Shown here one piece after another: positions 46,271-55,398 of a DNA stretch of 58,974 nucleotides. A model generated the notes under the pieces. The model worked only from the letters and a program-made list of their open reading frames with translations. It ran no database searches and was not told the DNA's origin. The translations under genes and the position numbers were made by a program. Position 1 is the first letter of the stretch. Every line of letters starts with the position of its first letter. Source of the DNA: Candidatus Omnitrophota bacterium (GTDB lineage Bacteria; Omnitrophota; Gorgyraeia; Pluralincolimonadales; CAZUZR01); NCBI GenBank assembly GCA_043821025.1, contig JBDRDF010000006.1:1-58974 (forward strand), in the 5' to 3' direction.

Positions 46271-46301
46271 TAAGGTTCAAAAATCCGCCTCTGGCAGGGG
46301 A

Positions 46302-47534
46302 TTAAAAATAGTCGCTAAATATATCCTGGGCTCTTCTCAATAATTTTCCGATAGGGCTATTCCCAAAGATATTCCGCCTAACTTTTCTTCTCAACCTTTC
46401 TTCAAGCCGATACTTCACAAGCCCTAAGCAAGCGATATAGTCAGAATTATTTATAACCGTACTTTCGCCTAAAAATCCTTTCGCTAAAGCCATCCTAACC
46501 GGCATATTCAAAGATAATTCCATCATCTCCAAAAAACCGCCTAAACTAGATAGTTCACCTGCTACTACGCAACCGGATGCAGCCTCTTTTGCATAAGGCA
46601 GATTTTTTAACTTCTCAGCAACATCGGAAATAAGGCCTTTCGCTTTTGGTTCAATTGCATTAAATATTGAGGCCTTCGATATCGTACGCTTAATCCCACC
46701 GATTCGTAAGATGATTTTTTCATCATCCGTTATAGCGGCCCTATCTAAACTGGCATTTCGTTTGATTATATCCTCGGCGTATTCATGGGGTATCCTACAA
46801 TTAGCCGAAATCGAATCGACAAAATCGCCGCTGCCTGTCGGCAACACCTCAATATTTTTTATCTCGCCTGCGTTATATACTACGATATGCGTCGTCGGAT
46901 AGGAAATATAAATTAAAACAACTCCCAAATCCTTCTCGAGGTCCTCAAGGGTCGCTTTTCCCGCTGCGATGCCTGACAGAACAATATCCTCTCTTTCGAA
47001 GCCAGCCGTGTTTATCGCCCTGGTGATATTCTGGATATTGGTTATAAGTCCGGCGACGATCTGCATATCAACTTCAAGCCTCATCCCATACATCCCAGTT
47101 GGGTCCTTTATACCTTCCTGTCCATCTAATATGAAACCGCGAACGATGGAATGAACAATCTCTCTGTCGAACGGAAGTGCAATCGTCCTTGCGCCTTTAA
47201 TTACTCGCTCGATATCCCGTTTGGTAATCTCATTTTCTTTATCGGCGATAGTTACAGTTCCTTTTGTATTATAAGTCCGTATATTTGGCCCGTCACAATT
47301 CGCAATTAATGAAACGACCTTTGCGTGCGCAGTAGATTCCGCCTTATCAACCGCTTCGGCTATCGAGGAAGCAACTTCATTTAAATCGGAAATAGCGCCT
47401 TTTTCGATTCCCTTAGCTTTAGAAGATGCAGCCCCTAAGACGCGGATTGCGCCTTTATCGTCAACGGAACAGACCGCACAGGTAATTTGGCTTGCGCTTA
47501 TATTGAGAGCCGTTAGGATTTTATCCTGTTTCAT
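46302..47534 (-). CDS. ftsA: Cell division protein FtsA homolog (divergent nucleotide-binding motifs)
   Basis: 410 aa, collinear with FtsA and placed after ftsQ. The C-terminus is a basic/amphipathic tail. The phosphate motifs are degenerate (see findings). Confidence 0.8.
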   Translation of the reverse strand: MKQDKILTALNISASQITCAVCSVDDKGAIRVLGAASSKAKGIEKGAISDLNEVASSIAEAVDKAESTAHAKVVSLIANCDGPNIRTYNTKGTVTIADKENEITKRDIERVIKGARTIALPFDREIVHSIVRGFILDGQEGIKDPTGMYGMRLEVDMQIVAGLITNIQNITRAINTAGFEREDIVLSGIAAGKATLEDLEKDLGVVLIYISYPTTHIVVYNAGEIKNIEVLPTGSGDFVDSISANCRIPHEYAEDIIKRNASLDRAAITDDEKIILRIGGIKRTISKASIFNAIEPKAKGLISDVAEKLKNLPYAKEAASGCVVAGELSSLGGFLEMMELSLNMPVRMALAKGFLGESTVINNSDYIACLGLVKYRLEERLRRKVRRNIFGNSPIGKLLRRAQDIFSDYF

Positions 47535-48337
47535 TTCTTCACTTGTTTGGTGCCGATTGCGACATCCGTAAATCTCATATCGACGTAATCGACGTTTTGC
47601 CTTTGTATCTTTGGGTCGTCTAAAATTCTCGATAATAATTCCAACTTCTTCTCGAAATCGCCTTCGCCTAAAACTACATTTATCCCATCCATCTTGAAAG
47701 TAGTATTTTCAGGATAGGAGACGTCTATGTTCTCAACTATCGAACCCTTGAATTCTTTTATCTCACTAACTAATGCCAAAAGATTTAATGCCTTCAAAAG
47801 CCTAGGCGATTTAATTTTTTTCCCTACGCTCGGATTAAAAAGCTGTGATTCTAAACCTATTATAAAAGGTAAGGATTCAAGTTCTTTTTCTGAAACCTGT
47901 GGTAATACCATTCCTTCGTAATCAACTTGATAAAACTTTCCCACCTTTATTTTAGCGACGACTCTCCTATCTATAATCGTTGCGATAAGTCTGTTCGGGA
48001 GATATTTGGTTATCAGTACGTTCTGAAATTCTGGATGGGCCATTTTAATCTTATTCGACAGCGTAATCGGGTCAGCAATAAAAATGTTTGCCTTGGGGCT
48101 CAATTTGAAAAATTCCTTTTTGGACTCAAGGCCTTCGCTTTCGCTCAATTTTATTATCTCGATTGCATGGCAGTCAAAATACGAAGCGGTCCGCAAAAAA
48201 TTGTATAGCCGAAAAAATGCACCGATAATAAGCGCGCATACCACAAGTGCAATAAGGACGGCCTTGCTATTGTGTCCAACAAACTCGCCGCTCTGTTTTA
48301 TAAATTCGAATTTTAACGCCTTACGTTTTCTTCTCAT
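47531..48337 (-). CDS. ftsQ: Cell division protein FtsQ/DivIB
   Basis: 268 aa with a TM helix, POTRA and FtsQ-type domains. It lies between ddl and ftsA. Confidence 0.8.
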   Translation of the reverse strand: MRRKRKALKFEFIKQSGEFVGHNSKAVLIALVVCALIIGAFFRLYNFLRTASYFDCHAIEIIKLSESEGLESKKEFFKLSPKANIFIADPITLSNKIKMAHPEFQNVLITKYLPNRLIATIIDRRVVAKIKVGKFYQVDYEGMVLPQVSEKELESLPFIIGLESQLFNPSVGKKIKSPRLLKALNLLALVSEIKEFKGSIVENIDVSYPENTTFKMDGINVVLGEGDFEKKLELLSRILDDPKIQRQNVDYVDMRFTDVAIGTKQVKK

Positions 48338-49242
48338 CTTAGAAAGGCGGATTCAAGCATCTTTTCGCACAATTCAGGAAAGTCTATTCCTGCTGCCTTA
48401 GCCGCTTTAGGAAGAAGGCTAATCTGTGTCAAGCCAGGTATCGTATTTACCTCCAATACGATAGGGGCGCTTTGCTTGTTCAAAATCATATCAACCCTCG
48501 AGAATGACCTGCAACCTAAACTTTTATGCGCTCGAAGGCCTGCCTTTTGCGCAGATTCGAATTCGGCCTTCGAAATCGGAGCGGGAACTAAATATTCTGT
48601 CATCCCAGAGGTATATTTAGCAACATAATCATAGAATCTGCGTTTCGGGACAATCTGTATAACGGGTAACGCCCTATCCTCAAGAATTCCAACCGCAATC
48701 TCTTTGCCCTCTATGTATTCCTCGATGATTATCTCCTCGCCAAATTCAAATGCCTGATCCATGGCGCTTTTCAGCTCCTCTTTTCTATCGACGATCGTAA
48801 GCCCGACCGAAGAGCCCTGCGCAGAAGGTTTAACCACAACTGGCATCTTAAATTTTAAATTTGGGCTCAGGCCATTTTGCAAAACTTCGTAGTTAGGTAT
48901 GAAAAGGCGAGCCTTTTGAAATATCTTTCTCGAAGCGATTTTATCCATCGCCAAGCGACTCGCCTCAACCCTTGAACCCGTATAAGGGATATTCGATTCT
49001 TCCAACATCGATTGGAGCTCACCATCTTCGCCGAAACTTCCGTGCAGTGCGATAAAGACGACGTCGATATCGAGTGATTTTAGCTCCTCCTTCGTAGGCA
49101 TGTATAATTCAATGGGCTTTACATCATATCCCTTGCTCAATAAAGCATCTAATACCGCCTTTCCAGAACAAAGGGAAACCTCTCTTTCAGCAGATGGACC
49201 CCCCATCAAAACGCCAATGCGACCGAAATTTCTTACCATCAA
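48334..49242 (-). CDS. ddl: D-alanine--D-alanine ligase
   Basis: 302-aa ATP-grasp protein in the dcw context. Confidence 0.92.
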   Translation of the reverse strand: MMVRNFGRIGVLMGGPSAEREVSLCSGKAVLDALLSKGYDVKPIELYMPTKEELKSLDIDVVFIALHGSFGEDGELQSMLEESNIPYTGSRVEASRLAMDKIASRKIFQKARLFIPNYEVLQNGLSPNLKFKMPVVVKPSAQGSSVGLTIVDRKEELKSAMDQAFEFGEEIIIEEYIEGKEIAVGILEDRALPVIQIVPKRRFYDYVAKYTSGMTEYLVPAPISKAEFESAQKAGLRAHKSLGCRSFSRVDMILNKQSAPIVLEVNTIPGLTQISLLPKAAKAAGIDFPELCEKMLESAFLR

Positions 49243-50132
49243 AATTCTCCGATAAGTTGAACTTCTAATTGTAACATAATCCCGTGATCTTTAAAAACTT
49301 TTTTTTGAATTTCATCTATAAGGCGTAAAACATCCGATGCGCTTGCTTGCCCTAGATTGAGTATAAAATTCGCATGTTTTGTAGAGACGCGAGCATCGCC
49401 GATCGAACGCCCTTTAAAGCCAGAAAGTTCAATTAACTTTCCGCTTGAGATATCTTCGGACGGATTCTTGAATATACATCCGACGCTAGGGTAACTTAAA
49501 TCTTGAACTCGCCTTTTCCTATTCAAATTACTTTTAAGCTCGGCACGAATTACATCTTTATCCTTATTTACCAATTTAAATTTCGCACTTATTAAAATAA
49601 ATTCGCTTAAGTCGGAATTCCTATATGAAAACTTTGTCTGACTCCTTTTTAAGGTTACTGCTTTCAAATCCTTAATCGCAACAACCTCCTCCGAAAAATC
49701 GCCTATGCCATTTGAGGGCGAACCAGCGTTCATGACCAATGCCCCACCTATAGTGCCTGGCAAACCTGCCAAAAATTCGCATCCACCTAAGCTCCGTTGT
49801 GTTGCCTCTGTAAGAAATCCCGATATCCTCGTCCCGCAACCTGCTTCAACAACTTCCCCATCGAATTTCGTATAACTAAAATTGGGGTCGTTTAAAACTA
49901 CTACAAATCCCCTAATGCCTTTATCTCCGACCAATATTTTACTGCCGCCACCTAATATAAATAAGTTTGTATGATTATCTTTAGCGTATCGCAAAATATT
50001 TAAGAGGTCTTCTACATCGCTGGGCGTAACCCAAACATCCGCTGGTCCGCCAATCCTAAACGATGTATGGTGGTTCATCGGCTCGTCGTATTTAACCACG
50101 CCTTTTATAAATTTCAATTCTCCCTTATTCAT
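49239..50132 (-). CDS. murB: UDP-N-acetylenolpyruvoylglucosamine reductase
   Basis: 297 aa with FAD-binding and MurB C-terminal blocks. Confidence 0.92.
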   Translation of the reverse strand: MNKGELKFIKGVVKYDEPMNHHTSFRIGGPADVWVTPSDVEDLLNILRYAKDNHTNLFILGGGSKILVGDKGIRGFVVVLNDPNFSYTKFDGEVVEAGCGTRISGFLTEATQRSLGGCEFLAGLPGTIGGALVMNAGSPSNGIGDFSEEVVAIKDLKAVTLKRSQTKFSYRNSDLSEFILISAKFKLVNKDKDVIRAELKSNLNRKRRVQDLSYPSVGCIFKNPSEDISSGKLIELSGFKGRSIGDARVSTKHANFILNLGQASASDVLRLIDEIQKKVFKDHGIMLQLEVQLIGEF

Positions 50133-51517
50133 TTCACCTGCCTTTTAACCGAGAGTTCCTTAGCCAGTTCCTCCGCTACAGAAGTCACATCGCCAGCGCC
50201 TAAGACCAAAACCATATCTCCAAGACGAACGTAATTTAATAAATATTCTTTAACATCTCGCCTCGATAAAAAGATGGCGCTTTTATGTCCTTTAGATTTT
50301 GTCTCCTCGTATATATCTTTTCCGGAAACGCCCTCTATGGGTTCTTCAGACGCTGCATAAATATCGGTTATAACCAGATGGTCGGCTAAGTCAAAACACC
50401 TGCCAAATCTTTCCTTTAAATACTTCGTGCGAGAGTACCTATGGGGCTGAAACAAAACGACGAGGCGTTTGGGGTTCCAATTCTTCGCTGCGAGTATCGT
50501 CGCTTTAATCTCTGCGGGATGATGCGCATAATCATCTATTATGCTTATGCCATCCTTGCAGTACTTTCTCTGAAATCTTCTTTCAGCGCCCCTGAAATCT
50601 TCCACCGTATCTTTTATCGTCTTAAAATCTAAGCCGATCTGTAAAGCGACCGCAAACGCTGCCATCGCATTTGATACATTATGGATGCCTGGGATGTTTA
50701 ACGCTGCCCTGCCTAAATTATCTCCATTATATACAACGCTAAATTCTGTATGGTCCTCATGCATCTTAATATCTTCGGGATATATATCCAGCCCCTTTGA
50801 GAGGCCGAAATATGTTATATCCTTCTCATAGGCGCGAAGCGCACGCTTTATATTATCGCAATCGCCGCAAGCAAAAAGCCTCCCCCCCCGTCTTATCTTC
50901 TCGATGAATTTCATGTACGAGGACATAATCTCGCGGATATTTCTATAATAATCGAGATGTTCCTCATCGATATTCGTAATAACGCAATAGAACGGCTCTA
51001 AATGGACGAATGAGCCGTCGCTCTCATCTGCCTCAACCACAAAATAATCTCCCCGACCTAAAACTGCATTTCCATTAATCGATGCGACTTCGCCTCCTAA
51101 TATAGCGGTAGGGTCTAACTTTGCGCGAAATAGGATATGCGATATCAATGAAGTTGTCGTTGTTTTTCCATGTGCGCCTGTAACGGCAATTCCTTTTTTG
51201 CCATTCATAAGCAACGCTAACATCTCAGCCCTGTGAAGGGTAGCTATCTTCTTATCTCGTGCCGACTTCAGTTCAGGGTTTTCTGCCGTTATAGAAGAGG
51301 AAAATACCACGATATCTGCCCCGTTTATATTTTTTTCATTATGCCCTAAAAATACCTCTCCGCCACAAGTCCTGATCTTCTCGATAAGCCGCGAAGATTT
51401 AACGTCGGAACCTGTTACCTTATGGCCCATCTTCCGCAATACCAGCGCTATTGCGCTCATCCCGATTCCGCCTATGCCGATGAAGTGGATATGTTTTTTG
51501 CTGTTTAATTTCATCAC
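50129..51517 (-). CDS. murC: UDP-N-acetylmuramate--L-alanine ligase
   Basis: 462 aa with GIGGIGMS and GAHGKTTT motifs. The start is GTG at 51517 or ATG at 51514. Confidence 0.93.
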   Translation of the reverse strand: MMKLNSKKHIHFIGIGGIGMSAIALVLRKMGHKVTGSDVKSSRLIEKIRTCGGEVFLGHNEKNINGADIVVFSSSITAENPELKSARDKKIATLHRAEMLALLMNGKKGIAVTGAHGKTTTTSLISHILFRAKLDPTAILGGEVASINGNAVLGRGDYFVVEADESDGSFVHLEPFYCVITNIDEEHLDYYRNIREIMSSYMKFIEKIRRGGRLFACGDCDNIKRALRAYEKDITYFGLSKGLDIYPEDIKMHEDHTEFSVVYNGDNLGRAALNIPGIHNVSNAMAAFAVALQIGLDFKTIKDTVEDFRGAERRFQRKYCKDGISIIDDYAHHPAEIKATILAAKNWNPKRLVVLFQPHRYSRTKYLKERFGRCFDLADHLVITDIYAASEEPIEGVSGKDIYEETKSKGHKSAIFLSRRDVKEYLLNYVRLGDMVLVLGAGDVTSVAEELAKELSVKRQVK

Positions 51518-51535
51518 TTTCCTGATGTATTACTT

Positions 51536-51657
51536 TGAAATTTAAGCCTTAGCTTGTGTCCTTATTTTATTACTCGCTTAAGTTAATATATGGCTAAAGT
51601 CATAAACCGGCTTTTGCGCCAAGACATTAAATTTCAATATAGTATATCAAAAATAAA
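51536..51657 (+). repeat. Intergenic repeat module 2, copy 2 (flanks core copy B)
   Basis: Collinear with 149..267, with inverted 11-mers at 51536..51546 and 51627..51637. Confidence 0.6.
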
Positions 51658-51798
51658 GATTTTCGACTGGAGGCCGCACGTAGAAGATTCAAGCGGGCAC
51701 GGTTGCCCACAATTTAACCTTAAGGCAGAGCGAGAAGATTCTCCGAGCGAGATTTGACTCGCTGGGTCAAATCGAGCGGTGCGGCGAAGACGAAAATC
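51658..51798 (+). repeat. Structured core repeat, copy B
   Basis: The closing stem is gattttcg (51658..51665) / cgaaaatc (51791..51798). The core is near-identical to copy A. Confidence 0.8.
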
Positions 51799-51826
51799 GG
51801 CATTTTGATAATATAGATTTAACATA

Positions 51827-52909
51827 TTAAATTTCTAATATATAATCAGCCAATCGTCTGGCCGCATCCGGTACAGAAAAACGCCTCGCGCATTCCGATA
51901 TAGCATTTAACCGTGCCTTATTGTTCTTTAATTCAAATATCTTATCCTTTAAAATTGCAGGCGTTAATTCCGACTCATCCAAAGTAATCGCCCCGCCTTC
52001 TTTCTCAATCGCTATTGCATTGTAATATTGATGACCTCCGGCGTACCTGTAAGGGATCAATATCGACGGAAGTCCCAAAGCTGCTATCTCAAAAATCGCT
52101 GTTGCACCTGCCCTCGAAATAATCAGGTCAGCCGCTCGATAAGCAACGCCTATATCATCGACGAAATTATAAACCTTTGCTTCGATACCGCAATCACGAT
52201 ATCTATCGCGTAGGATGTTATAATCGCGCGTCCCAGCAATGTGAATTACCTGTACTTGTCTCTTATCTTCATCGCTTATCAATCCCGCAAGATCGTGCAT
52301 GAGCATATTTATCCTATGAGAACCTTGACTGCCTCCCATTATCAAAATCGTAAATTTTGCCAAACTTAAACCAAACGACTTTATCGCCTTCTCTTTATCG
52401 TTCACTAAGAGTTTCTTTCTTATAGGATTTCCGACGAAGACCGCATTTTCCTTAAAGAACCCTTTTGTCTCCTTATAGCTTACCGCTACGCCCCTCGCAA
52501 AAAACGAGAGTAGTTTGTTCGCCAAACCAGGCAAATAATTTTGTTCATGAATAAAAAGGCATTTCCCAGACATCGCAGCAAATATACATATCGGGAATGA
52601 AGCATAGCCGCCGAACCCAACAACGATATCAGGATTAAACCTCATCAAAATCCAAATCGATCTAAAAGAAGCGGCAGTAAATTTTATTAAAAAGAGCAAG
52701 TACTTAATTGGATTATAAACCGTTAACTTCGCAGTTGGTATAAAGGCGTAAGGCGATCCCGATGAATTAAATATCTTCCTTTCAAGCGGATGGTTCGTCC
52801 CGACTAAAATAATATCTTTAACCGCTTCTTTTGTTTTAAGTTCCTGCGCGAGGCTAAGCCCCGGAAATATATGCCCGCCTGTCCCCCCGCATGCAATTAA
52901 TACCTTCAT
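51827..52909 (-). CDS. murG: Lipid II synthase MurG
   Basis: 360-aa GT28 protein with a GGTGGH motif. Confidence 0.93.
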   Translation of the reverse strand: MKVLIACGGTGGHIFPGLSLAQELKTKEAVKDIILVGTNHPLERKIFNSSGSPYAFIPTAKLTVYNPIKYLLFLIKFTAASFRSIWILMRFNPDIVVGFGGYASFPICIFAAMSGKCLFIHEQNYLPGLANKLLSFFARGVAVSYKETKGFFKENAVFVGNPIRKKLLVNDKEKAIKSFGLSLAKFTILIMGGSQGSHRINMLMHDLAGLISDEDKRQVQVIHIAGTRDYNILRDRYRDCGIEAKVYNFVDDIGVAYRAADLIISRAGATAIFEIAALGLPSILIPYRYAGGHQYYNAIAIEKEGGAITLDESELTPAILKDKIFELKNNKARLNAISECARRFSVPDAARRLADYILEI

Positions 52910-54009
52910 GTCTTAAGCTGGCTTCTTTCGCTGCACTTTGCGATGTTAAGCAACAGCGCAACTCCCATCATATCGAATATGAGCGATGAACCACCATAAC
53001 TAATAAACGGAAGCGGGAGACCCTTCGTCGGTATTGAGCCCGTTGCAACTCCGATGTTAATCACCGCCTCTAACCCTATCATCAGCACTATTCCCAATGC
53101 CGCCAAATGTCCGAACAGGTCTCTCGACCTTATAGCTATCCTAACCCCCAGCCATATGAAGACGATAAATAATATTACTATCGAGGCCGTGCCGATCAAA
53201 CCCAATTCCTCACCGATTATTGAAAATATAAAATCCGTGTGCGCACCGGGTAGATAAAATAATTTTTGCCGAGATTGCCCTAAGCCCACGCCAAAAAGAC
53301 CGCCGGAACCTAATGCTATATAAGATTGAATTATCTGAAAACCTATGCCTTGCGGATCTTCCCAAGGATTTAAAAATGCCGAGATCCTCTTCATCCTATA
53401 CGGCTTTGCTAAAATTATTACGCCCAATGCAGGAAGCGAAGAGACTAAAAGTGGCACAAGATGGAATAACCTTATTCCGGCTATGAACAACATCATATAC
53501 ACAACGGCGGCAATCGCAACGGCAGTTCCCAAGTCAGGTTGAAGTAATATGAGTCCCACGCTTACGCCTAATATTATCATCGGCGGCAAAAAACCGTGAA
53601 AGAAACTTCTTATTTCGCTCTGCTTCCTGGAAAGCACATCGGCAATATATAAGATTAAAGCCAATTTTAAAGCTTGGGATGGTTGAAAACTAAATATAGA
53701 AAATCTGAACCAACGTCTGGCGCCTGCGATCTCTCGCCCGATCCCAGGGATAAGGACCAATATCAACAGGATAAAAGAAATTATTAATACGGGTTTGATG
53801 TATTTCTTAATAACATTGTAATCGACGGACATGATCCATAATGAGGCAGTAATCCCTAAAAATAAGTATATCAAATGGCGCTTTAAAAAATATGCGCTAT
53901 CCTTAAGATATTCGTAGGCGTAAATGGCGCTGGCACTATAAACCATGACAATTCCGAACGCGATAAGGATGACCGTTACCACAAATAGTTGAAGCCTCAA
54001 TTTTCTCAT
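52906..54009 (-). CDS. ftsW: Divisome SEDS protein FtsW
   Basis: 367-aa FtsW/RodA family member between murD and murG. Confidence 0.9.
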   Translation of the reverse strand: MRKLRLQLFVVTVILIAFGIVMVYSASAIYAYEYLKDSAYFLKRHLIYLFLGITASLWIMSVDYNVIKKYIKPVLIISFILLILVLIPGIGREIAGARRWFRFSIFSFQPSQALKLALILYIADVLSRKQSEIRSFFHGFLPPMIILGVSVGLILLQPDLGTAVAIAAVVYMMLFIAGIRLFHLVPLLVSSLPALGVIILAKPYRMKRISAFLNPWEDPQGIGFQIIQSYIALGSGGLFGVGLGQSRQKLFYLPGAHTDFIFSIIGEELGLIGTASIVILFIVFIWLGVRIAIRSRDLFGHLAALGIVLMIGLEAVINIGVATGSIPTKGLPLPFISYGGSSLIFDMMGVALLLNIAKCSERSQLKT

Positions 54010-54015
54010 ATCGAA

Positions 54016-55398
54016 TTAACTTCCACGCGCGTTGTTTAAATAGCCGTTTTTAATCCTAAAAACCACTTCCTTAAAAATCCTGCCGCGATCCTCGAAGTTC
54101 CTGAACATATCGAAACTGGCGCACATCGGCGATAATAAAACGCAATCGCCTTCAACTGCGTTAAAATAGGCTATCTTTACGGCCTCCTCCATTGAATTCG
54201 CCTCGGTTATGGGAATTACGCCCCTTAAATCTTCTTTTATCTTCCCCTTCGATGTTCCAATTAGGACCGCGCTCTTTACCTTCGAGGCTAACATTGACCT
54301 TGCTTTTCTGAAATCGCTGCCTTTGTCTTTGCCGCCTACGATTAAAATCACTGGCCTATCACAGGCCTCCAAGGCCCTCATAGTCGAAAGCACGGTCGTG
54401 CTTTTGGAATCGTTTATAAAATCGATATTATCGATTGAAGTTACATATTCGTACCTACGTTCCAGACCTTTAAAATCTTTTACTGCATCTGTTATGTGTT
54501 GAGGGTTTATTCCAAAAATAGCTGCAACGCATAAACTCGCAAGCGCATTTTCAACATTGTGTCCGCCTTTGATCTTTAATTCCGATATGTCGCATAAAGT
54601 ACGCTCCGTGCCGTTCGCAGAAATAATCATCTGATCGCTATCCAAATATGCGCCGACCACCTTCCTCTTCCGGGAGAAATATAAGAGAACGGCTTTCGTC
54701 TTACCCTTAAATTCCCTTAATAATTCATCATCGTAGTTTAGTATCGTCCAATCGTTATCATCTTGATTACGAAATATTTGCGCCTTCGCATTTATATACG
54801 AATTTAGATCTGGGTGTCTATCAAAATGATTTTGTGAAATGTTCAATAGGACTGAAACGTAGGGCTTAAATTCCTTTATCCTCTCCAATTGAAAAGAACT
54901 TACCTCTAACACCACTATGGAATCGCTTTTGATATTTGGCAACTCACCGCAAAATGGATTGCCTAAATTTCCGCAAACTACAACGTCCTTGCCGCCTTTT
55001 TTTAATATCTCCCCTATAAGAGTAGTAACTGTCGATTTGCCGTTCGTTCCCGTAATTGCGACGATTGGCACATCGCAACATAAATAACCTAGTTCTATCT
55101 CGCTAATTATTGGAATGCCATATTCGATAGCCCAAATTACAACGGGTGAAGTATCTGGGATGCCGGGGCTTATCACAATTAAATCTTTATCTTTAATGAA
55201 CTCGGGCGTGTGTTCTTTGATCTCAACCTTAATGCCATTAGATTTAAGAACTTCTTCGTTTTTCCTTAAATCCTCGGAATCGCCGGAATCGGTAGCATAT
55301 ACATCTGCCTCTAAGCTGTGCAGAAGGTGCACAGCTGCCATGCCACTGCGCGCAAGCCCAACGACCGCTACTTTTTTATTCTTGAAATCGTATCTCAT
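54016..55398 (-). CDS. murD: UDP-N-acetylmuramoylalanine--D-glutamate ligase
   Basis: 460 aa with a GTNGKST P-loop, in the dcw context. Confidence 0.93.
   Translation of the reverse strand: MRYDFKNKKVAVVGLARSGMAAVHLLHSLEADVYATDSGDSEDLRKNEEVLKSNGIKVEIKEHTPEFIKDKDLIVISPGIPDTSPVVIWAIEYGIPIISEIELGYLCCDVPIVAITGTNGKSTVTTLIGEILKKGGKDVVVCGNLGNPFCGELPNIKSDSIVVLEVSSFQLERIKEFKPYVSVLLNISQNHFDRHPDLNSYINAKAQIFRNQDDNDWTILNYDDELLREFKGKTKAVLLYFSRKRKVVGAYLDSDQMIISANGTERTLCDISELKIKGGHNVENALASLCVAAIFGINPQHITDAVKDFKGLERRYEYVTSIDNIDFINDSKSTTVLSTMRALEACDRPVILIVGGKDKGSDFRKARSMLASKVKSAVLIGTSKGKIKEDLRGVIPITEANSMEEAVKIAYFNAVEGDCVLLSPMCASFDMFRNFEDRGRIFKEVVFRIKNGYLNNARGS

Noticed and set aside
45593-46301. A hidden or frameshifted ftsZ remnant between ftsA and yggS.
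   Set aside because: The spacer is only 31 nt, and yggS begins with a normal family N-terminus. There is no room for even a fragment of the tubulin-like GTPase domain.
51634-51825. 63-aa minus-strand ORF inside repeat copy B, and the 65-aa plus-strand ORF 40..237 over repeat module 2.
   Set aside because: The homologous copies (A, C) differ by 1-2 nt indels, so the reading frame is not preserved between copies. Only short stretches such as CGQPCPLESSTCG re-align. This argues for non-coding repeats.
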